The notes: generated by a model not told the origin, from the sequence alone. Positions 19,038-28,734 are shown, counted from the first letter of the stretch. The stretch is 53,792 bases of DNA from a bacterium (GCA_030647265.1 JAUSJM010000013.1:1-53792), one strand, 5' to 3'. Program-made: numbers and translations.

Positions 19038-19966
19038 AGCAAAAAGAAGAAAGTAAAGTTTACGATCTTTCCATTGTTATTCTCAGCTTCAATGTTAAAG
19101 AGTTACTACTGAACTGTCTCCGCTCAATCTATGAAAATAAAGATGCTAAAGACTCCTGGCAGGTCATGGTGGTAGACAACGGTTCCTCTGACAACTCTTT
19201 AGAGGCAGTCAAGAAGGCTTATCCCCGGATAGAAAGCTATCAAACAGGACAAAATTTAGGTTTTTCCAAAGGCAATAATTATACCATCCCTTTCCTTAAA
19301 GCCCCGGCTGTTTTATTTTTAAACCCAGATACCAAAATTGTCGGTGATGTCATCCAAAAATCCCTTGATCTTTTAAACTCTGATCCCCAAATCGGAGCTT
19401 TAACTTGCCGGGTAGAGCTGCCTAATGGTAAATTGGATTACTCCTGCCACCGGGGTTTTCCCACTCCCTGGAACTCCTTAACCTACTTTTTAGGGCTGGC
19501 CAAAAGATTCCCTAAACTTAAGCTTTTCTCAGGTTATACTGCTACTTACTTGGATATTAACACCACCCATGAGATGGAGTGCGGCAGCGGGACATTTCTC
19601 ATGGTAAAAAGAGATGTCGGAGATAAAATAGGCTGGTGGGACAGTGACTACTTTTGGAACGGGGAAGATATTGAGTTCTTTTACCAGGTCAAAGAATTAG
19701 GATATAAAACTTATTACTATGCTGGAGGAAAAGTTATCCACTATAAAGGCTCATCTTCCGGACTCCAATCCACCTCCCAAGCCGTCGTTCCCAAGGAAAG
19801 AAAGATCACTTCAGCCAAACATGCCACGGAAGCAATGAGGATCTTTTTTATGAAACATTACTATCACCAGTACTTTCCGGGCCTACGGGAGTTTATCCTT
19901 TTAGGGATATATCTTTTAGAAAAAATGAGAATTCTTAAAATAAATAGTGGCTTAAAATATGAATGA
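19034..19966 (+). CDS. GT2 glycosyltransferase (RfbF/WbbL-like)
   Basis: VVDNGSSD, NLGFSKGNN, LFLNPDT, GEDIE, HYKGSS. Confidence 0.92.
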   Translation: MKQKEESKVYDLSIVILSFNVKELLLNCLRSIYENKDAKDSWQVMVVDNGSSDNSLEAVKKAYPRIESYQTGQNLGFSKGNNYTIPFLKAPAVLFLNPDTKIVGDVIQKSLDLLNSDPQIGALTCRVELPNGKLDYSCHRGFPTPWNSLTYFLGLAKRFPKLKLFSGYTATYLDINTTHEMECGSGTFLMVKRDVGDKIGWWDSDYFWNGEDIEFFYQVKELGYKTYYYAGGKVIHYKGSSSGLQSTSQAVVPKERKITSAKHATEAMRIFFMKHYYHQYFPGLREFILLGIYLLEKMRILKINSGLKYE

Positions 19967-20876
19967 TTTAAACCTTTCTGTTATTGTTTTAAGTTTTAAC
20001 ACCAAAGAGATCACTGATGAGTGTCTGAAAAGACTTCAGTCGTCAGTCGTCAGTTGTCAGAAAAAATTGCGAAACAAGATTGAGGTGATCGTGGTGGAAA
20101 ATGCTTCCTCTGATGGTTCCCTGGAGATGGTTCAACAAAGACACCCTTGGGTAAAGTTGATTGTCTCTCATGAGAACACCGGTTTTTCTAAAGGTAACAA
20201 TATCGGCATGAAAGCCTCCCAATACCCTTATATCCTACTTTTAAACTCAGACTCTTATGTTGAAGAGGGTACTTTAGAAACATCTCTCCGCTACTTTGAG
20301 AGCCACCCCAATTGCGATGCCTTGGGCTGCCGGCAAATTCTGCCCAATGGCAATATTCAAGTCAGCGCAGGATTCTTACCAACACCTTTAAACACCATCC
20401 TTTGGATCAGTGGCTTAAACATCATTCCGGGGGTAGAAAAGTTGGTCAAACCAATACACCCCAGGGACAAATCATTCCTGAATCATGAGCATCAGGCAGA
20501 GTGGGTCATGGGAGCTTTTTTTATGATGACCAGAGAAGTTTATGAAAAAACAGGAGGTTTTGATGAATCCATCTTTATGTATGGAGAAGAGGTGGAACTT
20601 TCCAAAAGGATTAATGATTTAGGCTTTCAAATATTTTATGTTCCTTCCATTACCATTACCCACCTGGATAAAGCCAGCAGCCAGCATCTTTGGGAAAAAC
20701 CTCTTTTGAATGAAATCAAAGGTCTGGTACGTTTTTTTAAGCAACACTATCCCCAAAGCTACTTTCTCATTAAAATAGTATTGGCCTTATCGCTGGCTCT
20801 TAGACTAGTAATCTTTACTTTATTAAGAAACACCCAAAGGCAAAAAGCTTACTGGCAGGCCTTAACTGTAATCTAA
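19959..20876 (+). CDS. GT2 glycosyltransferase (RfbF/WbbL-like)
   Basis: VVENASSDGS, NTGFSKGNN, LLNSD, GGFDESIFMYGEE. Confidence 0.92.
   Translation: MNDLNLSVIVLSFNTKEITDECLKRLQSSVVSCQKKLRNKIEVIVVENASSDGSLEMVQQRHPWVKLIVSHENTGFSKGNNIGMKASQYPYILLLNSDSYVEEGTLETSLRYFESHPNCDALGCRQILPNGNIQVSAGFLPTPLNTILWISGLNIIPGVEKLVKPIHPRDKSFLNHEHQAEWVMGAFFMMTREVYEKTGGFDESIFMYGEEVELSKRINDLGFQIFYVPSITITHLDKASSQHLWEKPLLNEIKGLVRFFKQHYPQSYFLIKIVLALSLALRLVIFTLLRNTQRQKAYWQALTVI
20036..20060 (+). repeat. Heptamer tandem repeat in frame in the second GT2 gene
   Basis: TCAGTCG TCAGTCG TCAGTTG TCAG; three units make 21 nt; encodes QSSVVSCQ. Confidence 0.7.
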
Positions 20877-22699
20877 TGAAAAAAGTAGCTGTTATTACTG
20901 TTAACTATAACGGAGAGAAAGATACCTTAGAGTTTTTGGAGTCTCTAAAAAAATTAGAAACCACAGGCTTGGAAATTAAAACCATCGTGGTAGACAACGG
21001 TTCCTCTGATAACGGTACTCAGGAAACCCTTAAAGCATACCCTGGGATAGATCTACTACAAACAGGGAGTAATACCGGCTTTACCGGAGGGTACAATCGG
21101 GGCTTGGAATATGCCCAAGCCTGGGATGCTGATTATTATTTTATTATCAACAACGATACTTTAATTGACAGCCCAAATCTTTTATCTGAGCTTATCAAAA
21201 CCCTGGACTCTGATCTTCAAATAGGCTTAGTCAGCCCTAAAATTTACTTTGCTCCGGGGTTTGAATTCCATAAAGAAAATTACAAAAAAGGAGATCTTGG
21301 TAAAGTTATTTGGTATGGGGGAGGGGAGTTTGATTGGGATAATATCATTTCAAAGCATTGGGGAATAGATGAGGTGGATAGTGGTCAGTTCAGTAAATTG
21401 CAGCAGGTTAACTTTGTCTCTGGATGCTGTCTGCTCATTAAAAAAGAGGTTTTACAGAAGGTGGGAACTTTTGATGAAACTTTTTACGCTTACTTTGAAG
21501 ATAACGATCTGTCCCAAAGGATTACCAGAGCCGGATTTAAAAAATATTATAATGGAACCGTCAGTATTTTTCATAAGGTCTCCCAAACCAGCGGTATCGG
21601 TTCACCGATTACCGATTATTATGTCACCAGAAACAGGCTTATCTTTGGTTTTAGGTATGCCAGATTAAGAACCAAGTTTGCCTTGCTTCGCCAGGCCTTT
21701 GGATTTCTCCTCACCGGTAGACCAGCCCAAAGGCAGGGAGTGATAGATTTCCTTTTAGACAACAGAGGCCCCAGCCCTCAGTTCCAGCAAGACTCTCCTC
21801 GTCCCTTTTATCCCGTTAAGCTTTCCCTGGCCATTGTTAATTACAACACTGCAGACTTAACTCAAAAAATGCTCCAAAGCATCTACAAAAAAACCTCCGG
21901 TATTCAAGATCAGCTTACCGAGGTAGTGCTTTTAGATAACGGACATATTGACCCTTGCGATAAGTTAGTTAAGAATTTTCCTGAGGTTAAGTACCTCCAA
22001 AATGAAGAAAACACCGGCTTTACTAAAGGTTACAACCGGGCTATGAGATACTGCCGGGGGGAGTATATTCTCATGCTCAACTCTGACATGGAGGTCAGGG
22101 ACAACTGTCTTTCAGAGATAACTAAAGCTGCTGACAATTTTGAGGGAAAGGCTGTTTTAGGAGGCAGATTATATTTCCCAGATGGCAGTTCTCAAGATTC
22201 AGTTTATCATTTTCCCACAATTTGGGGAGTAATTAAGGAATACTTTTTAAATATCAAGGGGGCTTTCTTTATGTATGTTCCCAAACCAGAAGCAGTTACC
22301 GAAGTAGAGGGAATTGTGGGAGCCTGTATGTTAATCCCCAGAAAAATTATAGATAGAATAGGCTTTCTAGATGAGAACATCGTTTCTTATTTTGAAGACC
22401 ATGAATACTGCCGGAGGCTCGCTAGAAATAATATCCCTGTCTATTTTATCCCTTCTGCTAAGTTTATCCATCACCATGGGGCCTCTTTCAAGCAGTTAGG
22501 GACCCAAAGTTTAGAAATCCATAGAAAGTCTTCCATCTATTATTATGGAAAACTTTATTACATTCTTTTATACTTCACCCTGCTCTTTGTCCAAAAGATC
22601 ACAGGCAAAAGACCTCCTGGAAGCATGGAACCTTCTGCCACCAAAACCACCCTCTTCCAAAAATTTAATAACTTAATAAGAAATCTAAACCCCAAATAA
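20876..22699 (+). CDS. Tandem two-domain GT2 glycosyltransferase
   Basis: Two sets of GT2 motifs (VDNGSSD/NTGFTGGYN/NNDT/YFED and LDNG/NTGFTKGYN/LNSD/YFED). Confidence 0.92.
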   Translation: MKKVAVITVNYNGEKDTLEFLESLKKLETTGLEIKTIVVDNGSSDNGTQETLKAYPGIDLLQTGSNTGFTGGYNRGLEYAQAWDADYYFIINNDTLIDSPNLLSELIKTLDSDLQIGLVSPKIYFAPGFEFHKENYKKGDLGKVIWYGGGEFDWDNIISKHWGIDEVDSGQFSKLQQVNFVSGCCLLIKKEVLQKVGTFDETFYAYFEDNDLSQRITRAGFKKYYNGTVSIFHKVSQTSGIGSPITDYYVTRNRLIFGFRYARLRTKFALLRQAFGFLLTGRPAQRQGVIDFLLDNRGPSPQFQQDSPRPFYPVKLSLAIVNYNTADLTQKMLQSIYKKTSGIQDQLTEVVLLDNGHIDPCDKLVKNFPEVKYLQNEENTGFTKGYNRAMRYCRGEYILMLNSDMEVRDNCLSEITKAADNFEGKAVLGGRLYFPDGSSQDSVYHFPTIWGVIKEYFLNIKGAFFMYVPKPEAVTEVEGIVGACMLIPRKIIDRIGFLDENIVSYFEDHEYCRRLARNNIPVYFIPSAKFIHHHGASFKQLGTQSLEIHRKSSIYYYGKLYYILLYFTLLFVQKITGKRPPGSMEPSATKTTLFQKFNNLIRNLNPK

Positions 22700-22770
22700 A
22701 GTATATTTTTATTCACTCATCTCTAACCATTTTGCTAAGAGTTGAGCAAAAAGATAAATAAACTTATAAT

Positions 22771-23499
22771 TTGCAAATGAGGGTAGAACTGGAAGAGGAG
22801 CTCTTACCTAAACTTATAGGAAGGGTTTTTGTACCTAAAAATAGACAACCCCGGTATATCCCTAAAGGTATTGACGGGAAACGTCTTCCTAAATTAATGG
22901 TCTGTCCACAATACCAACTAATCGCTCGTTGTACTGATCTAACTTTAGGTAAACATGAATTATCTAGAGAACCCAATTATTGCGGATGGCAAGTCGAATA
23001 TTGGGAGCATCCAACTACAAGCAGAAGAGTAGCCATCTATAACCCCTGGCCAGCTTGTGGCATAATTTTGGTTAAGTTACGCTCTAGATTGGATACAATC
23101 ATTGAAAATAGCGAAGAGGATTTACCGCTAGTTCCTCAAGATGCCCTAAAAGTAGAGACGATACTGAGGAATCGACTCTTGTCCCAAAGAAAGAAAAACC
23201 AGCTAATTGACGATATCCCCAAAAGTGCCTACTACTTGCAAGAGGGCCTTTTTACTCGTTGGGTTTTATCGTACCTTGCTAACATAGATTGTGGCTCAAG
23301 ATCAATAATTCTTAGATTAGAACAACTTACAGCTAAAGATATTATTGATTTTGCCAGAATTAATTTAAGAGATTTAGAAGAGATTACAGGTAAAGACTTT
23401 GTTCTCGATAGTGAGTTCACTGCTGAAGGTTGTCCTCTTGCCCCTATTTACCACAGAATAGCTGAACCACCCCAAATTCCATCTTCTCTTAATTTGTAA
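22771..23499 (+). CDS. Hypothetical protein
   Basis: 242-aa ORF with several Cys/Trp; no recognisable family; start may be the second Met. Confidence 0.6.
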   Translation: MQMRVELEEELLPKLIGRVFVPKNRQPRYIPKGIDGKRLPKLMVCPQYQLIARCTDLTLGKHELSREPNYCGWQVEYWEHPTTSRRVAIYNPWPACGIILVKLRSRLDTIIENSEEDLPLVPQDALKVETILRNRLLSQRKKNQLIDDIPKSAYYLQEGLFTRWVLSYLANIDCGSRSIILRLEQLTAKDIIDFARINLRDLEEITGKDFVLDSEFTAEGCPLAPIYHRIAEPPQIPSSLNL

Positions 23500-23504
23500 T
23501 TATT

Positions 23505-23544
23505 CTAACCCCAGGGGTTAGTTAGCTTCCAACCTCAGGATGTT
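23505..23544 (+). repeat. REP family B palindromes upstream of RAYT2
   Basis: CTAACCCC-A-GGGGTTAG perfect palindrome plus degenerate AACCTCAGGATGTT. Confidence 0.75.
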
Positions 23545-23584
23545 CTACTTGTAAAATAGAACTACTGGCAATACTATAAAATAA

Positions 23585-24262
23585 GTGCCTACAAGAAGTA
23601 TTATCTTTGCCCAGAATCAGGTTTACCATATCTTCAATAGGGGTGTTGCTCATCTGCCAATCTTCTATTCAATTAATAACTACTCTAGATTTTTAGACAC
23701 TCTGAACTATTACCGTTTTACAAATACACCTACAAGTTTTTCCCAGTTTATGAAATCACCACTAGATTCAAGACGGCAAATTACAGATAACCTCCAGAAA
23801 GAGAATGATCTTTTGGTAGAAATATTGGCCTTCTGTTTAATGCCTAACCATTTTCACCTTTTATTAAAGCAAATCTCAGAAAAGGGAATCATTAATTTTA
23901 TGGGAAATGTCCAAAATAGTTATGTTAAATATTTAAACATCAAAGAGGGTAGGATAGGGCCTTTATTCCAATCAGCTTTTAAAGGTAAAAGAATAGAAAC
24001 AGATGAGCAACTTCTTCATGTTTCCAGATATATTCATCTAAATCCTTCCACAAGTTATTTAGTAGAACAGGAAAAATTCGCTGAATATCCCTGGTCCTCA
24101 TTACCAATTTACATATCTAACTCATCCACATATAACACTTTTGTTAACCCAAGGCTAATTTTAGAGTTCTTCAAGAGTGGAGAAAAATATAGAGAATTTC
24201 TCGACGACCAAGCTGGATATCAACAGGAATTAGCAAATATTAAACACCTAACTATGGAATAG
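23585..24262 (+). mobile_element. RAYT-like tyrosine transposase, copy 2
   Basis: YHIFNRG, CLMPNHFHLL, GPLFQSAFK, YIHLNP, YPWSS; palindromes on both sides. Confidence 0.92.
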
Positions 24263-24267
24263 TTACT

Positions 24268-24306
24268 AAACTTCCCGAGGTTTGAAGCCAAACAACATCA
24301 GGGGTT
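24268..24306 (+). repeat. REP family B palindromes downstream of RAYT2
   Basis: AAACTTCCCGAGGTTT and AACATCAGGGGTT. Confidence 0.65.
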
Positions 24307-24349
24307 AAAAGTTAGTAGAAGCTAGCAGAAATAATTTTCCATTTGGTCC

Positions 24350-24378
24350 TTGAAAAGTCCTGGAAATGGTGATAAAAT
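24350..24378 (+). promoter_or_regulatory. sigma70 promoter, leaderless type, for the TA operon
   Basis: TTGAAA-17bp-TAAAAT, 6 nt before ATG 24385. Confidence 0.7.
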
Positions 24379-24384
24379 TAACTC

Positions 24385-24645
24385 ATGATTACTGAGCAAA
24401 CTCAAATTAAGGTCAATCTTCCTTTAGCCCTAAAGGAGTTTTTAGAAAGCAAGGCCAGCAAATTTGGTATGCCACTAGCAGGCTATATTAGACACTTAAT
24501 TTTGAAAGATGTTGAAGAAATGACCTATCCAGAGTTTGAACTTTCTGAGAGATCTGAGAAAGCATTTAAAAAAGCCTTGAGAGAGGAAAAGGCAGGTAAG
24601 TTAATCAGGGTAGAAGATATTGATAAATTTTTTAGGGATCTTTAA
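24385..24645 (+). CDS. Putative antitoxin (ribbon-helix-helix-like)
   Basis: QIKVNLPLALKEFLESKASKFGMPLAGYIRHLI RHH-like N-terminus; directly upstream of a RelE-like gene. Confidence 0.75.
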   Translation: MITEQTQIKVNLPLALKEFLESKASKFGMPLAGYIRHLILKDVEEMTYPEFELSERSEKAFKKALREEKAGKLIRVEDIDKFFRDL

Positions 24646-24650
24646 CTTAG

Positions 24651-24923
24651 ATGAAATTTTATTTAACGACTGATCTTGTTAAGGAGTTAAATAGCCTAAG
24701 AGTTAAAAATCCTAAATTATTCAGAAAAATTCAGAAGCAACTAAAATTTTTCCGTCAGAATCATCTACATCCATCCTTAAGAAACCACAAGTTGAAAGGG
24801 GGACTTGCAGAAAGATGGAGTATTTCAATTGAGGAAAATCTCAGAATGCTTTACTACCTCAGAAAGGATGAGGCAATCTTTTTCGACCTCGGCACTCACG
24901 ATGAGGTTTATCGCAAAAGATAA
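24651..24923 (+). CDS. Type II toxin, RelE/YafQ-like mRNA interferase
   Basis: HPSLRNHKLKG...WSISI...RMLY...DLGTHDEVY. Confidence 0.85.
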   Translation: MKFYLTTDLVKELNSLRVKNPKLFRKIQKQLKFFRQNHLHPSLRNHKLKGGLAERWSISIEENLRMLYYLRKDEAIFFDLGTHDEVYRKR

Positions 24924-24944
24924 ACAACCATAGATTTTCCTAGC

Positions 24945-24973
24945 TTGAATCAAAACTTAAGATCAGTTATACT
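24945..24973 (+). promoter_or_regulatory. sigma70 promoter, leaderless type, for rpsP
   Basis: TTGAAT-17bp-TATACT, 7 nt before ATG 24981. Confidence 0.7.
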
Positions 24974-24980
24974 TATCTTC

Positions 24981-25487
24981 ATGGTCAAAATAAGACTGAT
25001 GAGAATCGGAGCTAAAAAGAGGCCCTTTTACCGGGTAGTAGCTGTGGATGAAAGAAAGAAAAGAACCGGGGCTTACCTCGAACTTTTGGGAACTTACAAC
25101 CCCTTAACCGAACCCCATGAAGTTATTTTGAAAAAAGACCGTTTGGATTTTTGGGTCAAGCAGGGAGCAGTGCTTTCTGACGGATACCTTAGAATGACCA
25201 AGCAGGCCCCCCAAAGACCCCCCAGAAAGCCCAAGAAGGAGAAAGAAGAGAAGAAGAAGCCTGAAGTTCCTGCCAAACAAGTGGAAGAGAAGGCTCAGGA
25301 AAAAACAGCAGAGGAACCAGAAGTTGAAACTTTAGCAGAAGAAACTGCGGAAGAAAATCAAGAGATTACTGCGGGTGACGCGGAGGAGAGGTCTCAGGCG
25401 TCGACCACAGCAAGTGAAACGAGCAAGGACGCACCTGAGACACCGAAGCGGCAGGACCCGCAAGAAGCTGAAAAAGAAGCAGAATGA
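24981..25487 (+). CDS. rpsP: 30S ribosomal protein S16 with long acidic C-terminal tail
   Basis: MVKIRLMRIGAKKRPFYRVV...LGTYNP. Confidence 0.97.
   Translation: MVKIRLMRIGAKKRPFYRVVAVDERKKRTGAYLELLGTYNPLTEPHEVILKKDRLDFWVKQGAVLSDGYLRMTKQAPQRPPRKPKKEKEEKKKPEVPAKQVEEKAQEKTAEEPEVETLAEETAEENQEITAGDAEERSQASTTASETSKDAPETPKRQDPQEAEKEAE
25370..25462 (+). repeat. 93-bp GC-rich multi-stem hairpin in frame in the rpsP tail
   Basis: Nested stems TGCGGGT/ACCCGCA, GTCTCAGG/CCTGAGAC, GCGTC/GACGC; span is 31 codons. Confidence 0.75.
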
Positions 25488-25726
25488 AAGATCTCTTAGA
25501 GTATATTGTTAAAAACTTAGTTTCCAAACCTGAAGCAGTAAAAATTGAAGAGGAGAAAGAGGAGAGTCTTTTAAACTTTAATCTTACAGTTGACCCAACT
25601 GATATGGGAGTAGTTATCGGCCGTTCCGGCCAAACCATTAAAGCTATTCGTAAGCTTTTAATCACCCGGGCCATGGCAGAAAACAGTCACCTGAGAGTCA
25701 ATGTAAACTTACAAGAGGTCAAGTAG
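25484..25726 (+). CDS. khpA: KH-domain RNA-binding protein
   Basis: DMGVVIGRSGQTIKAIR; conserved rpsP-khpA-trmD context. Confidence 0.9.
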   Translation: MKDLLEYIVKNLVSKPEAVKIEEEKEESLLNFNLTVDPTDMGVVIGRSGQTIKAIRKLLITRAMAENSHLRVNVNLQEVK

Positions 25727-25733
25727 TAAGCCC

Positions 25734-26426
25734 GTGCAAATTACCATCATTACTCTCTTTCCCGAGCTTTTCCTACCATTTCTTTCCTCTTCTATCTTAG
25801 GTAGAGCTGCCAAAAAAAGTCTGGTAGAATACCGGCTTTTGAATATTAGGAACTTCGGAGAAGGAAGACACCAGGTGGTTGACGGTAGACCTTTTGGAGG
25901 AGGACCGGGAATGGTTTTAAAAGCCGATATCCTGGCAAAAGCCTGGAAGAAAGCCGCGGGCAGAGAACGGAAAAATAAAAGCATCAAAACTATTCTCATG
26001 TCTACATCCGGACCTGTTTTTAAACAAGCTAAAGCCAAAGAGTACTCTCTTTTAAAAAACCTTATTATCGTCTGCGGCCACTATGAGGGAGTGGATCAGC
26101 GCTTTATTGACCACTACGTTGATGAGGAGGTATCAGTAGGAGATTTTGTCTTAACGGGCGGAGAGTTGCCTGCTTTAATCATCACCGATGCTATTGTCAG
26201 ACTTCTTCCCGGTGTTCTAAAAAAAGAGGAGGCAACTTTAGAAGAGAGCTTTTCTCTATCTTTAAAAGGGAGGCTGGAATATTCCCAATACACCAGGCCA
26301 GAAGTCTTTGAAGGAGAAACTGTTCCCCAAGTACTTGTCTCAGGTAACCATCAGGAAATTGCAAAGTGGCGGGAGGATCAGTCTTTGCAAAGAACCCTCA
26401 AGGTCCGTCCCGATCTTCTAGCCTAA
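25734..26426 (+). CDS. trmD: tRNA (guanine-N1)-methyltransferase
   Basis: PFGGGPGMVL, CGHYEGVDQR, GDFVLTGGE, YTRP, SGNH. Confidence 0.97.
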   Translation: MQITIITLFPELFLPFLSSSILGRAAKKSLVEYRLLNIRNFGEGRHQVVDGRPFGGGPGMVLKADILAKAWKKAAGRERKNKSIKTILMSTSGPVFKQAKAKEYSLLKNLIIVCGHYEGVDQRFIDHYVDEEVSVGDFVLTGGELPALIITDAIVRLLPGVLKKEEATLEESFSLSLKGRLEYSQYTRPEVFEGETVPQVLVSGNHQEIAKWREDQSLQRTLKVRPDLLA

Positions 26427-26430
26427 GGTT

Positions 26431-27135
26431 TTACTCAAAAGGATCGTTTTTACCCAAAGGAACAGAAGAGGTGTCAGTTTGGCTCAAAGATACGGCTTTG
26501 GGAATAAGTTTGGTAAGTTTAGCCAGCAAGGCTTTTTCTTTATCACTCAATTGCGGTATCGGTTTATCGGGAGATAGATTTCCCACATTCATAGTAGGAT
26601 CATAGAAAACAGCAATGGGCAAGGTAACATCCATCAAGCCATCCCTCTGAAATTGGGCACTGATCTGACCTACTTGAAAGACCCGGGGAGATTCCTGTAA
26701 GTTGGCTAAAAAATCTTTGACACTTTCTACCGATCCCACAATCTCAACATCAAAAAGAAAGTTGCTTTTACCTCCCTCTGATATTCGTGAGGGCACATAA
26801 GCAGCATTTTTCAAAAGAAGTTCCGACTCGCCAATAACACTTTGTAATACCGCCATGGATTGCGGTACATCTGCCTCTCTGGGTAAAATTGTCAAAGCTA
26901 TCTGAAGATTTTCTCTGTTGGCAGCATCGTCAACCTGCTGTAAATTTTGAGCCTTAACCTCAAGAGTAGAAGTCCTTTTTTCCAGCTCGGTAATTTCATT
27001 TTGAATATTAAGATAAGCAAAAAGTTGGGGGATAACAACTAAAACAAGAATGGCAAGAGAGGATAAACCCACACAAAAGGGCCAGACAATTAGTTTATAT
27101 CTTAAATATAGCTCTTTTATTTTTTCCACTTCCAC
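26431..27135 (-). CDS. PilO-like pilus alignment protein
   Basis: N-terminal TM, coiled coil, ILPREADVP motif; follows pilM-pilN. Confidence 0.7.
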   Translation of the reverse strand: MEVEKIKELYLRYKLIVWPFCVGLSSLAILVLVVIPQLFAYLNIQNEITELEKRTSTLEVKAQNLQQVDDAANRENLQIALTILPREADVPQSMAVLQSVIGESELLLKNAAYVPSRISEGGKSNFLFDVEIVGSVESVKDFLANLQESPRVFQVGQISAQFQRDGLMDVTLPIAVFYDPTMNVGNLSPDKPIPQLSDKEKALLAKLTKLIPKAVSLSQTDTSSVPLGKNDPFE

Positions 27136-27140
27136 TTCCT

Positions 27141-27701
27141 TTAAGGTCCGATCTTTAACGATAACCGGTAAAGGGAACCTTTGCTCACCGATAACCCATC
27201 CAAATCTATCCTGGCAACGAAATCATCATTTTCCTGACGGGTAAGGCTGGCAAGTAAAGCATCTATTGATTCCAAAGATCCACTGGTTAAAGAGATATTC
27301 ACTTTCCCTTTTTTATCTATACTCAAATCGGTAATCTGGACTCCGGAAGGGAGAGCCGAGAGGATCAGGTTGAAGACAGCCCGCGTTGTGATATCAGCGC
27401 CTTGCAAAGATTCAATTGTTGCCAATCGTTGTTTCAAAAAAGCAATATTGGCCTCTTTGTTCCCTAATTGAGAAATTTGGGACTGGGCATAAACCAAAGC
27501 TTGTTCGGATTTTTGCAGCTTATTGTTTTGAGTAAAGCGCAAGGTTAAGGTAGCCGAAGTAAAAAAGATGAGTACTATTAAAACTCCCACACTAATTCTG
27601 TTGATAGCAATAAGTCTGGCATCATGCCTCCTTTGTTGAAGAATTTCCGGAGGCAGGAGGTTGATCGCTACTTTACTGACAGAGGTGTTTGTTATATTCA
27701 T
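27141..27701 (-). CDS. pilN: PilN-like protein
   Basis: INLLPPE motif, TM, coiled coil, LPSGVQITDLSI. Confidence 0.8.
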   Translation of the reverse strand: MNITNTSVSKVAINLLPPEILQQRRHDARLIAINRISVGVLIVLIFFTSATLTLRFTQNNKLQKSEQALVYAQSQISQLGNKEANIAFLKQRLATIESLQGADITTRAVFNLILSALPSGVQITDLSIDKKGKVNISLTSGSLESIDALLASLTRQENDDFVARIDLDGLSVSKGSLYRLSLKIGP

Positions 27702-27705
27702 CTAG

Positions 27706-28734
27706 TTACTCCTCATACATCGCCAGCCCCACAGCTACAGCATACTGCATGGTGTTAGCCAGCTGTCTTACTTGCAGAGACTTATCCTTACCGACATAGG
27801 CCCAAGGATCAGCTTCTTGAATTTCCAATCCTAAGTTAGTGGCAAGATATATCACTAAACCGGGAAGCTTAGCACCACCTCCCGCCAACACCACCCTCTT
27901 GATGGGATTTTGGGGATACTTAGTCTGAAAAGCCTGCATTACCCGCCGCGCCTCGGAAACGATTACTTCCGCCAGAGGTTTCAAAGTCTGATAAATTTTC
28001 CCTCCTAACTGGTCCTCAAGAAGTCCATAAACTTTTTTATATTCCTCAGCCTGTTGAGGCTCAAAATTAAGGTACTGAGAAATTACCCTGGTTAAAGCTA
28101 ACCCTCCGGTACCGATTGATCTGGTAAGAAGGATCAGGGATTTAGAAACCACGGCAAGATCAGTGGAACTTGCCCCTAACTGAATGATCAAAGTGGTGGG
28201 GGCAAAGGGGTTACTTCCTACCAAAGCGCGGGTTACCGCCACCAGGTCCGTTTCAATAGCTATCGGCTTCAGCTTTGCCATTTCTAAAACCTTCAGATAT
28301 TTGGCAACCGAATTTTTGGGAGAAGCTACCACAAAAACAGTGGTATTGTTTCTCTCTTTAGAACGGTTAATGATTTGCCAGTATAAATTTACCTCATCAG
28401 AGGGGAGAGGGACAAACTCTTCAGCCGAATAATGAATAGAGGAGGCCAGCTCGTCATCGGATAGATATGGGAAATCGTTTATCACCCTGGTAAAGATTTT
28501 TGATTCCGGCAAAGAAACAACTACTAAAGAATTAGAAGCTTTTAGAGAAACCATCAAATTTTTAATGGCATGCCCTACCACTTCTAGATCCATATCCGTC
28601 TCAGATACCATACCAGGCTGGGGAGTGGCCACAGCTCCGAAAGCGATAAGCTTTGGCGGTTTTTCCCGGTGGGAGAGCACCACCGCTTTAATGGATGATG
28701 AGCCAATGTCGATTCCGGTTACAAAGTCAGCCAT
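27706..28734 (-). CDS. pilM: Type IV pilus assembly protein PilM
   Basis: GIDIGSSSIKAV actin-like fold, LAGGGAKLPGL, AVGLAM. Confidence 0.93.
   Translation of the reverse strand: MADFVTGIDIGSSSIKAVVLSHREKPPKLIAFGAVATPQPGMVSETDMDLEVVGHAIKNLMVSLKASNSLVVVSLPESKIFTRVINDFPYLSDDELASSIHYSAEEFVPLPSDEVNLYWQIINRSKERNNTTVFVVASPKNSVAKYLKVLEMAKLKPIAIETDLVAVTRALVGSNPFAPTTLIIQLGASSTDLAVVSKSLILLTRSIGTGGLALTRVISQYLNFEPQQAEEYKKVYGLLEDQLGGKIYQTLKPLAEVIVSEARRVMQAFQTKYPQNPIKRVVLAGGGAKLPGLVIYLATNLGLEIQEADPWAYVGKDKSLQVRQLANTMQYAVAVGLAMYEE

Noticed and set aside
5438-24262. RAYT genes as canonical IS200/IS605 elements
   Set aside because: No tnpB, the copies are highly divergent from each other and larger than typical TnpA, and the flanking palindromes are dispersed elsewhere.
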